The position numbers were made by a program, and so were the translations under genes. Below are positions 27,680 through 37,100 of a stretch of 64,000 nucleotides of DNA, piece by piece (positions within the stretch are counted from its first letter, which is position 1; every line of letters begins with the position of its first letter). This DNA is from a virus. The notes under the pieces are model-generated. The model was not told the origin of the DNA. It ran no database searches and was given only the letters and a program-made list of their open reading frames with translations. The stretch lies in IMG/VR virus record IMGVR_UViG_3300042508_000428, one strand, 5' to 3'.

Positions 27680-28588
27680 ATGAAAAATTTTTTAATTACC
27701 GGCGGTTCTGGCATGGTAGGAAATGCCTTTAAAAATCTCCTACCAAACGCAGAGTATATATCAAAAGAACAACTACATGATTTTTCTTATATCATAAAAG
27801 ATAAATTTATTATTCATTTAGCAGCTAAAGTCGGAGGCGTAAAAGCTAATACAGATTTTGTTTCAGATTTTTATACGTATAACTCAGAGATAAATCAAAA
27901 AGTATTAGATTACGCGAGGATTGGTAAAGCCAAGAAAGTTGTCTCACTTCTTTCTACTTGTGTATACCCAGATGCACTATATGTAACCTATCCCCTTACG
28001 GAAAATCAGTTGCACATGGGACCACCACATGAATCGAATTTTGGTTATGCATATGCTAAAAGAATGGTTGATGTTATGTCTAGAGCCTACAGGCAACAGT
28101 ATGGCTGTAATTTTATAACAGCTATTCCAAATAATCTTTACGGAGAAAATGACAATTTTGATTTAGAAAATAGCCATGTTCTACCAGCTTTGATTCGTAA
28201 AATTTGGGAAGCAAAAATAAATAATCAGCACTCAGTTGAGGTTTGGGGCGATGGATCACCCTTGAGAGAGTTTACATATTCAGAGGATATAGTGAAAATT
28301 CTCATTTTTCTTCTTGAAAATTATAATGAGTCAGAACCAATTAACATAGGAAATACAGAAGAATACTCCATAAAAGAGGTTGTTCAGTTGTTATGCGAAT
28401 TATTGAATTATGATGGAAAAATAAATTGGAACATAAACAAACCAAATGGGCAGTATAGAAAGCCAAGTAGTAATAAAAAACTACTTGATTTAGGCTGGGA
28501 AAAAGAAAACTATACCTCTCTAAAAGAAGGACTAAAAAAAACTTGTGATTGGTTTATAATAAATTATCCAAATGTAAGAGGAATATGA
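27680..28588 (+). CDS. fcl: GDP-L-fucose synthase
   Basis: ITGGSGMVG, LAAKVGG, LSTCVYP, YAYAKR, SHVLPALI, WGDGSPLREF and KPNGQYRK. Confidence 0.92.
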   Translation: MKNFLITGGSGMVGNAFKNLLPNAEYISKEQLHDFSYIIKDKFIIHLAAKVGGVKANTDFVSDFYTYNSEINQKVLDYARIGKAKKVVSLLSTCVYPDALYVTYPLTENQLHMGPPHESNFGYAYAKRMVDVMSRAYRQQYGCNFITAIPNNLYGENDNFDLENSHVLPALIRKIWEAKINNQHSVEVWGDGSPLREFTYSEDIVKILIFLLENYNESEPINIGNTEEYSIKEVVQLLCELLNYDGKINWNINKPNGQYRKPSSNKKLLDLGWEKENYTSLKEGLKKTCDWFIINYPNVRGI

Positions 28589-29577
28589 AGACAGCTTTTA
28601 TAACGGGCATAACTGGTCAAGATGGTTCATACTTAGCAGAACTATTGCTAAATAAGGGATATAAAATAATAGGTTTAAAAAGAAGAACATCACTTATTTG
28701 CACTGACAGAATTGATCATGTGTTTGAAAATTCTAATTTTAAACTCGAATACTTCGATTTAAATGATGTTGGAAGTATTTATCGCTTACTTCTACAGTAT
28801 AAACCCGATGAATTTTATAATTTGGCTGCTCAATCACATGTTAAAGTGTCGTTTGAGTTGCCAGAAAACACCGTTGACGGTATTGCAATGGGCACCATGC
28901 GCCTTCTTGAAGCTGTTAGGAATGTTCATCCAACTTGTAAATTTTATCAAGCATCATCCTCAGAAATGTATGGAGATAATCCAAACTATCCCTATAATGA
29001 GGAATCAAGATTTATGCCAGCTTCTCCATATGCGAATGCAAAAGTTTTTGCACATCAGCTCATGAGAAACTACCGAAAATCCTATGGTATGTTTTGCTGT
29101 GGTGGTATTCTTTTTAATCACGAATCACCACGTAGAGGCGAAACGTTTGTCACCCGAAAAATTACCATTGGAGCCGCCAAAATCGCCCTAGGAATTGAGA
29201 AAGAATTACGATTGGGTAATCTTGACGCTTACAGGGATTGGGGATTTGCGGGGGATTATGTTGAGGCTATGTGGTTGATGCTTCAACAAGAAGAAGCAGA
29301 TGACTATGTAATAGCAACAGGAAAAACCTATTCAGTTAGAGAATTCTGTAAACTAGTGTTTGAATATGCAAGCTTAGGTGATTATCAAAACTATGTGGTA
29401 CAAGATCCTAAGTACTTTAGACCACACGAAGTCCCATATCTTCTTGGAAATCCATCTAAGGCAAAAGAAAAACTTGGGTGGGAACCAAAAACAGATATAA
29501 AAAATCTTGTAAAAATGATGTATGATGAGGACTTCAATAGGATTAGAAATGAAATACGAATTATGGGAAATGGGTAG
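28585..29577 (+). CDS. gmd: GDP-mannose 4,6-dehydratase
   Basis: ITGITGQDGSYLAELLL, LAAQSHV, QASSSEMYG, NHESPRRGETFVTRKI and RDWG. Confidence 0.95.
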   Translation: MKTAFITGITGQDGSYLAELLLNKGYKIIGLKRRTSLICTDRIDHVFENSNFKLEYFDLNDVGSIYRLLLQYKPDEFYNLAAQSHVKVSFELPENTVDGIAMGTMRLLEAVRNVHPTCKFYQASSSEMYGDNPNYPYNEESRFMPASPYANAKVFAHQLMRNYRKSYGMFCCGGILFNHESPRRGETFVTRKITIGAAKIALGIEKELRLGNLDAYRDWGFAGDYVEAMWLMLQQEEADDYVIATGKTYSVREFCKLVFEYASLGDYQNYVVQDPKYFRPHEVPYLLGNPSKAKEKLGWEPKTDIKNLVKMMYDEDFNRIRNEIRIMGNG

Positions 29578-29707
29578 TTATGGTACTGGAGATTTCGAGC
29601 CATTATTATTAAATGAAAGATTTGATAATTTTATGGACGCATATTTTGCATTTCAAAAATTAATAAAAACCATACCTTGCTGTATTATATTGAACAAAGG
29701 AGTATAA
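29549..29707 (+). CDS. small hypothetical protein
   Basis: Fills the gap after gmd; ATG at 29549. Confidence 0.5.
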   Translation: MKYELWEMGSYGTGDFEPLLLNERFDNFMDAYFAFQKLIKTIPCCIILNKGV

Positions 29708-29708
29708 A

Positions 29709-29909
29709 ATGAACTACAAAGTAAACGACATAATATACTTTAATGAGCAAGAATATGGCAAAATATTGGAAATTAAGTACAATAAAAAATATTGTTTTGA
29801 AGAAATTTTATTTGAAAATTTTATAACAAACAATAATGACATTTGTTATAAAAGAGATCTAAGAATAGATAAAAACAATAAATTACAATATTATCCACAA
29901 GGAGATTAA
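29709..29909 (+). CDS. small hypothetical protein
   Basis: AAGGAG RBS; 66 aa. Confidence 0.6.
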   Translation: MNYKVNDIIYFNEQEYGKILEIKYNKKYCFEEILFENFITNNNDICYKRDLRIDKNNKLQYYPQGD

Positions 29910-29910
29910 A

Positions 29911-30126
29911 ATGAAATTAGCACCACAAGCACATGCAGCAATTATGATGTGTTTACAAAAATGTATTATGGAAGAAACAGACATTCGCCCACTACTGGAC
30001 GATCTTGATTTTATTGTCGATGATGATCAACCAGAATTTCTAATTGTTACTAATCCGCCTACTTTTAAAGTAAGCGAAGAAGTAAAAGAAGTAGTTGAAG
30101 AAAAGGCATTCCAATGGAAAGAGTAG
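29911..30126 (+). CDS. small hypothetical protein
   Basis: AGGAG RBS; 71 aa. Confidence 0.65.
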   Translation: MKLAPQAHAAIMMCLQKCIMEETDIRPLLDDLDFIVDDDQPEFLIVTNPPTFKVSEEVKEVVEEKAFQWKE

Positions 30127-30464
30127 AAAAACCTTGGGGTTATGAAATAATCTGGGCTAAAACTGATAAATATGTAGGAAAGATTATAAGGATCAATCCA
30201 GGACATAGACTGTCTTTACAATATCATGAAAATAAATTAGAGACAATATATGTTAATGAAGGAACGTTAGAATTAATTTTAAAAAATAATAATGATATTT
30301 TTTCTAATATTTTAACAAAGGGGGAATCTTATCATATTCCAAATAAAATGATTCATAGATTTTCTTGTCCTGCTTGGTGCTCTAACGGAGTAGAGCTGAT
30401 AGAAGTATCAACACCAGAATTAAATGATGTTATCAGATTAGAAGATAGTTATGGAAGGTCATGA
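30114..30464 (+). CDS. cupin, mannose-6-phosphate isomerase type II-like
   Basis: VEKPWGYE, RLSLQYH..K.ET, HRFS and EVSTPELNDVIRLEDSYGR. Confidence 0.85.
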   Translation: MERVEKPWGYEIIWAKTDKYVGKIIRINPGHRLSLQYHENKLETIYVNEGTLELILKNNNDIFSNILTKGESYHIPNKMIHRFSCPAWCSNGVELIEVSTPELNDVIRLEDSYGRS

Positions 30465-30709
30465 TGCCAGCTTACGATTATAAATGTGATTCTTGTCAAA
30501 AAGAATGGGTAGAAATTCATGGTTTTGATGAAAAGCCAGAAAAATGCCCATTTTGCGAAACAGGTGGATTTAAAAAAATTTATAAGTACACAGAAACAAT
30601 AAACAAGCTTCAAGAAGCAATGCAAAATAAAACTGGTCAAAAAACCAGAGAATTTATTGAGCAGGCAAGACAGGATCTAAAAGAACATAAGGCAGAACAA
30701 AAAAGATGA
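30461..30709 (+). CDS. FmdB-family zinc-ribbon protein
   Basis: MPAYDYKCDSC...CPFC. Confidence 0.8.
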   Translation: MMPAYDYKCDSCQKEWVEIHGFDEKPEKCPFCETGGFKKIYKYTETINKLQEAMQNKTGQKTREFIEQARQDLKEHKAEQKR

Positions 30710-30993
30710 TTTATTTTTTATTTGCAGTATCAACAATATTAAATGGATTTCTGGTTTGGTATTGTTATAATTTACTAAAAGACAGAGTCGCCTTAGTTGA
30801 ATTATTTAAAGAGTTTAATCCTCTAATTAAAAAATACGAAGAGCATCTAACCTCTTTAACTAAAATGGAAATGTATTTTGGAGAACCAACTATTATGGCT
30901 CTTTTGGATCACACAAAAGAATTGAATAAAACACTAGACATTCTAGTTGAATCAATAGAGGTGGAAGAAGACGAGGATGACGAAAAAGAATAA
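30706..30993 (+). CDS. hypothetical protein with an N-terminal transmembrane helix
   Basis: Hydrophobic residues 2-22 followed by a coiled, acidic tail. Confidence 0.6.
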   Translation: MIYFLFAVSTILNGFLVWYCYNLLKDRVALVELFKEFNPLIKKYEEHLTSLTKMEMYFGEPTIMALLDHTKELNKTLDILVESIEVEEDEDDEKE

Positions 30994-31654
30994 TTATTAT
31001 TTTACACAAGTTCACGAAGATGCCATTATCAAATATGCTCTATCTGGCGACAGGATGGAGAGAACTAAGTTATACGTTCAGTTTATTCAACCAGCATTTG
31101 ACGAAATGGTAGATAAAATTATCTTCACCTATAAATTTAATACACTACCAAACATAGATCAACTTCGTGATGAGTGTAAAATATGGCTTACTACAATCCT
31201 CGATAAATATGACACATCAAAAGGTTCTAAAGCATTTTCTTATTATTCAGTTATTACAAAAAACTGGTTTATTCAAAATGTAAAAAAGACCAACAAAGAA
31301 AGAAAAAGAGAATTAACAATTGAAGATGCTGAGAAAGAGATAGACGAAGAAACAGACACAATACCAAATGATTATGAAGGAACAAGAGAAAACGACGAGT
31401 TTTGGTCTCATTTTATGAATGAAATTAACTCATGGGAAAAATTAGACCTTAGAGAAAATGAAAGAAAAGTTTTAAATGCCATAATCCAAATATTTAATAA
31501 CATAGATAATATAGAAATTTTTAATAAGAAGGCTATTTATTTATATATAAGAGAAATCACTGGACTAAACACAAAACAAGTTGTAAGTGGATTGTCTGGT
31601 ATAAAATCAAAATATAGAGTCTTTAAGGAAGAATGGGACGATGGCGAAATCTAA
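30977..31654 (+). CDS. phage sigma70-family/gp55-like sigma factor
   Basis: DKYDTSKGSKAFSYYSVITKNWFI aligns with sigma region 2 (KFD..RG.KFSTYA..WI); C-terminal HTH-like IREITGLNTKQV. Confidence 0.7.
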   Translation: MTKKNNYYFTQVHEDAIIKYALSGDRMERTKLYVQFIQPAFDEMVDKIIFTYKFNTLPNIDQLRDECKIWLTTILDKYDTSKGSKAFSYYSVITKNWFIQNVKKTNKERKRELTIEDAEKEIDEETDTIPNDYEGTRENDEFWSHFMNEINSWEKLDLRENERKVLNAIIQIFNNIDNIEIFNKKAIYLYIREITGLNTKQVVSGLSGIKSKYRVFKEEWDDGEI

Positions 31655-31937
31655 ACTAACAGATGCAGAATTATTAGAAGAAGCAATAACAAACATTAGA
31701 GAAGATCGTGGATTAACCTATGAATTGATCAACGAGCTTCGAGCAGACTTAGTAGCGGCTAGAGTTTCACATAAAGAAGTTGGATTCACTGCTGCTAAAT
31801 ATATGGAAACCTTGCAAAGATCAAATGAACAATTAATCAAAGCAGTTGCCATAATGAAAAAAGAAAAAACAGCAAGCGAATCCCTTAGCATATCAGATGA
31901 AGAAGTTGACGAGATACTAGATATTATTAAGGGGTAA
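31641..31937 (+). CDS. hypothetical helical protein
   Basis: 98-aa ORF overlapping the sigma gene. Confidence 0.65.
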   Translation: MAKSKLTDAELLEEAITNIREDRGLTYELINELRADLVAARVSHKEVGFTAAKYMETLQRSNEQLIKAVAIMKKEKTASESLSISDEEVDEILDIIKG

Positions 31938-31943
31938 TAATGA

Positions 31944-33089
31944 ATGGCAGACATTAATTCTTCGCCAAATAATTTAGCTGGAAATGTGGTTCTTGAGAGA
32001 GCTGCTGTTATCCCTGTTTCTAGAGAAGCCTTATTAAATCAATATTTAAGAGATTTAACAGTACCAAACATAGATAGTAAAAGAACTTTTTATAAAGGTT
32101 TGGTGACTTTTATTGTAGACGAAAATAGTAGTGAATTTAGACTAGATGACATATTTTTGGATGCAATTGCAGAACAAGATAGAAATTCTAATACTAATAC
32201 TACAAAAAATAACAAAAAACTACTATTTGTTCATATACCATTCTTTACAACAAGTAGTAGAATAAATACAACAGAGATATCAAATTATGATAACTTTAAT
32301 AAACTAAAAGTCTTTTACAACGAAGATAAACCAATAAAAGTTGGAGATATAGCACTAATAGAATTTGAAACAAAACAAAATTTTTTGTTTCCAATAGTAA
32401 AACAAATAATACCATCAGAAACAGCATTTAAACCTGGAAATACAGAAATATCATTAACCGCTTTTCAAGATGTACAACCATATCCCTCTTTAAATATATC
32501 CCCTCCTGAGTCACAAGATCAAATACAAAAAAAAGAAATAACTCGTCCAGGTGGTGGGTATAGTGATGCTTTAAAAGAAATAGAAAAAGTTTTTCAATCA
32601 GATTTTATAGAATATTACACAGAATTACTTCAAGATCCAGACAAAAAAGTTAAAATTAATTTAAAAATTGAAAAAGTTACTGCTCTTGAAGAATTATATA
32701 ATTATTTAACAAGTTTACCAATAACAACAAATTATCAAATTATTCCGGAAAACGATCCAACAAAAAAAGATTATTTAGTATATATTTATGCTTCTTCACA
32801 GACAGAAAACATAAATAATGTTGGATTTACTAATGGGTTTTTTAATTATATAAAACAATATTTTTCTTCTACTTTAAAGTTTAGTATAAATCCGATATCT
32901 TTTGGAGATGATTTTAGGTTTTCTTTAGATGTAAATTTAAACGAATTAAACGGTTCTAGTAAAACTTTAAATAATTATTTAGAAATTTCAAAACAAACTT
33001 CTCTAGATGTTCAAAAAAATTATGTGTTTGAAAATATACCGCAAAAATCTATTCCGGGAATAATTACTGATAACACAGGTATAGCGTAA
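31944..33089 (+). CDS. hypothetical protein, possibly baseplate hub-associated
   Basis: 381 aa; assigned from position only. Confidence 0.5.
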   Translation: MADINSSPNNLAGNVVLERAAVIPVSREALLNQYLRDLTVPNIDSKRTFYKGLVTFIVDENSSEFRLDDIFLDAIAEQDRNSNTNTTKNNKKLLFVHIPFFTTSSRINTTEISNYDNFNKLKVFYNEDKPIKVGDIALIEFETKQNFLFPIVKQIIPSETAFKPGNTEISLTAFQDVQPYPSLNISPPESQDQIQKKEITRPGGGYSDALKEIEKVFQSDFIEYYTELLQDPDKKVKINLKIEKVTALEELYNYLTSLPITTNYQIIPENDPTKKDYLVYIYASSQTENINNVGFTNGFFNYIKQYFSSTLKFSINPISFGDDFRFSLDVNLNELNGSSKTLNNYLEISKQTSLDVQKNYVFENIPQKSIPGIITDNTGIA

Positions 33090-33105
33090 AATATAGGAAT
33101 TTTAT

Positions 33106-34164
33106 ATGTCCGTAATTAATACTTCAAATGTTGATTCTTTAGTTTTTCAGATGCAATCTATAGAGGCTGCATTAAAACAAAATATAGAGCAACAAAAAAA
33201 GACGGTAGAAAATTTTGTTAGAGCGCAAAAAGATAAAATTAAATCTTCAGAAAATTTAAGCAAAAAATTAGCAGAAGGATCAATTTTACCAGAAGAATAT
33301 CAAAAAAAGATAAAAGAAGTAGATGATAACTTAAATCAAATTTATCATCGCAGTCCGACACCGGATGTTCAAAAAGGTAAAAACGGCAGTATTGTTGCCA
33401 AACATAAAAATAAATTAGGTTTTATTTTTATTGGAGATACATTAAATGCAGAAGAAAATGATTTATTTAATGTAAATTCTCCTAAAATAACTCTTGCCGT
33501 TGGTGGCGCACTAGAGACCTCTTTCAATCCATTTAAAAACAATCCTGCATTTGTTGACCCTAGAGAAGAATTTATACCACAAGCATCGGCACAAATACAT
33601 CTCATTTCCAGTTCGGATATAGACGTGGAAGGAATAGCCGCTCAATCTGCGTTTAGAAACAAATCTGCTGTAAAAATTAGATCAGATGTGCTAGATTTTT
33701 CCGCCAATCAAGCAGTAATAATAAGAAGTTTAAACACTCCCTATATTGCTGGAGTTAGATCGTATTCTCCTGGCGGTGTTCATATAGTTTCTGGAAAGGG
33801 AGAAGGGTCAAATTTTAAAGAACCAGAACCAATGGTTTTAGGAACATCTTTAAATTTTGTTTTAAATGATATTATGAAATTAATTGGAGATATAATATCT
33901 GTAATTAAAGATATAAATACTGGAATAATTTCACTAAAAACGGTTTTATCTTTACACACACACATAGTTCCACTACCAACTCCAATACCAACAGCACCCT
34001 CTGTAGAATTAGTGACTCACAACACTACAACTGCTATTACAGAAGATCTGTTGAATACTGGAAATTTATATTCAATTTTGTTTAATGCAGAACTTTTAAA
34101 GTTAAATGATTTAATGGAAATGTCTCCAAAATCTTTTACAAGCAAATTTAATAGGGTAAATTAA
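33106..34164 (+). CDS. putative baseplate central spike (gpV/gp5-like)
   Basis: Beta-rich middle region, EPMVLG, and LSLHTHIVP (HxH metal-binding motif typical of spike tips); lies upstream of the wedge genes. Confidence 0.5.
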   Translation: MSVINTSNVDSLVFQMQSIEAALKQNIEQQKKTVENFVRAQKDKIKSSENLSKKLAEGSILPEEYQKKIKEVDDNLNQIYHRSPTPDVQKGKNGSIVAKHKNKLGFIFIGDTLNAEENDLFNVNSPKITLAVGGALETSFNPFKNNPAFVDPREEFIPQASAQIHLISSSDIDVEGIAAQSAFRNKSAVKIRSDVLDFSANQAVIIRSLNTPYIAGVRSYSPGGVHIVSGKGEGSNFKEPEPMVLGTSLNFVLNDIMKLIGDIISVIKDINTGIISLKTVLSLHTHIVPLPTPIPTAPSVELVTHNTTTAITEDLLNTGNLYSILFNAELLKLNDLMEMSPKSFTSKFNRVN

Positions 34165-37100
34165 TGGCAAGACAAATTCCTTTGAGCGAAATAAGGCAGT
34201 ATACTTCTAGAAGTAACGTAAATACTTGGTTGCCAAGTATTAGTGGTAATTTAGTTAATTTTGCAAAAACTTTTACTTTGAACGGCGAAAATTATAATGG
34301 AGCAAGCAGTTTAGGAGAAATTAATTCAAATACAATATTTGGAAAAGGTAAAGATGAACTTGGAAAAACATATGACAATACTAAAGTATTAGAAGAAAAT
34401 TTACTTAAATTTTATTTAACATTGTATTGCCTACTGCAAGATCCATTAAAAAACCAGAAATTTGCTGGACCTTCAATAGAAGGAACTGCAACAGTCAAAA
34501 ACGATCGTCTTTTTACAAAAGATTTACAAAATTTATTTTTTAATTTACAAACATATAATACAAATCTAATAACTCCAAACACAGAAATAGCGAAAAAAAT
34601 ATCAAGATCTATTACATGTGATGCAGTTAGATATTACAAAAAAGATTTGGTTGGCGATGTTGATCCTATTCAAGATCAAGTTAAATTTACAAATTTAATT
34701 AAATTTGCTCAAAAACTAAATGGAAATTATCAAAAGAATGTTGCAGGAGTTTTAGGAAAAGTTACTTACGATAGTATTATTAAACATACTTTATATTCAT
34801 TATTAAAACAAAATAATTTTATAAAAGATTTAGAATCAACTGATGCTTGGACAGTTAAAGCTTCAAAGGTACAACCAACAAAAACAGATATTTTTGTTGA
34901 CGTTGCAGGTGGACCTTATTTAAGAGCGTTTCCAGTTGCTTGTGTGGTTTTTAACGATACTTCTGGTAAAACTTTGAATGAATTATTGCCAACAGCAAAT
35001 AATTTAGTTGGACAAGCTTTTGGGAGAAAATTAGACGGGACAAATCAATTAGTTACAACAATAATTGATAAAGAAAAAAATTTCCTAGAAGTTCAAAATA
35101 GAGCAACAGGTTCCTCACTTTACTGTATTGTTTATGACTTAATAAAAGTATTGGTTTTAGATCCAATTCCAGAAGAAAACATCTTTTTAGATTTAATAAA
35201 AATAGGTCTTTCGCTATTAAGTCGTAAAGGCTTTACACAAAAATATAAATTTACTAAAGACAGTCTATTTAAACAAATAAGTGAAATTAAAAATTATTTA
35301 AATGCTAATTTTACTAATTTAGATAATAATAAATATAACATCTTATATCAAAATAAACATAATCTAGAAACATCATATATTTTAAAAGATGCCATAGAAT
35401 CAATAAAACCAAAAACAGCAAAAGAATTTTCTGTTCAAATACAAAATCTAGGTAATTCATTAGAAAATGTTTATCAACAAATCTTGCAAAGTGTTAATAC
35501 AGATGCCTTTTATCTACATTTTGACACTTTTTATAATTTGCTGGCGGTAACAGCCGACAAACAAATAACAGCATCTACACAATCTCCTCCTGCTGATGGA
35601 CCATTTGTCTTAGAAGAATACTCGGCTAAAGGATTGGAATCTGATCTAATAAAAACATTTTTTCAAAATTCAAACACATTACCAAAGTATGGAGATAAAG
35701 ACCTTTATGAGTTTAATCCAATCATTGCTCAAACACAAAAAATTATTTCTATAACTGATTCTTTTATTTCTGAATTTTATGGAATTTTAGACGATCAAGA
35801 GTCTTTATTATTATATGATACTGATGAAAATTCTACAGTTGATGATGTTAAGACAATTTTAAATATAAATTTATTAAAATTAATTGATGATAGAACGGGT
35901 GGGAAATATAAATTAAGTAAAAGTAATTATATTTCTAAAGATGCTCAAGGAAAGGTAAATACAGTTTCTTTGCCCCCTAGTATCAATAAATTAGATATAA
36001 ATACTTTAAACTATTCTTTTGACTCTGTCGGAATTCCAAAAATAAAATTACAAACTTTAAGTCACTTTTTGTTCACTGATTTAATTACAAACCCAAAAGA
36101 AGATGATTTTATAAAACTAATTTATTATCCAAGATTAAAGTTGTCTACTAGCACATCGTTACCTACTGATGAAACAGATAGAAGAAAATCCGAACCACCA
36201 GAAGATAAACGAGAAAGAAGTGGTTTGGAAGGTATACCAATACCAAAATTAGATGATGTGCTAAATCCAAAAGAAAAAAATAGAGATTTCTTAATAAATA
36301 ATATTATCACTAGCGAACTAGCATGTTATGAAGACATTGCTGAGAGTATAGATGCTTTAGTAAATTCTGATTTTTCACCAGAGGAAAAAATCTCTAAAGT
36401 TTTTAAAGTAATATATAACATAGGATTTCCGTTTCTATTGGCAACAGTTTCACAAATAATATCTTCTAAGTTATCAGAATTGCTAAAAGACGGGGAGACA
36501 ATAGATCCAGATCTTCTTGCTTGCGTAAATAAAGATCTAGATAAAGTTAAAAAAACAATTATAAATTATGCTGATCTTCTAGCAAACCTAGATAATGCAG
36601 AACAATTAGCAGGTTTATTTTTACAAGAAATTCCAGACATACCACAGATCCCAAATATACCATATTTATTAACTTTTGATTCAGAAGAGGAATTAAAAAG
36701 AAAAGTTATTCAATATGTTATAGATGGAGTAATGCAATTCTTGTCTGGGGCAATTAAAAAAGTTTTAAAGAATTTTATTGATATTTGTAATGCTGATAGT
36801 TATTTGTTTGCATTTTTACAAAGCGCCTTTGATTTAGGAGAGGATACTGGTAAAAAACTTAGTTCTCCAACTCCATCGGGCATGGTTGCAGGCAATATAA
36901 GCCCAGTCTATATACCAGTATCTATAACCGACATAAATGACTTGATAGATAAAAGTGGCATTGAGACAAAAGAGTTTGTTTATGAAGCTTTTAGAAAAAC
37001 ATTTTTTGTTAATAAAACAGAATATGGCGATCAAGAAATCTCTATATTCTTTTCAAAGATTAGTGAAGTTGTAGATGCTGGAGAAATGGCATCATTATTA

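Noticed and set aside
8942-30464. Island as host chromosomal O-antigen locus (chimeric assembly or prophage boundary)
   Set aside because: It is co-oriented and tightly coupled with phage genes on both sides, with no integrase or att-like repeat noticed and no Wzx/Wzy. Read coverage across the junctions would confirm this.
34680-34940. Degenerate PG-binding and SH3-like motifs in the 1490-aa protein (FAQKLNG...GVLGKVT; GGPYLRAFP)
   Set aside because: The similarity is too short and weak to call without an HMM search.
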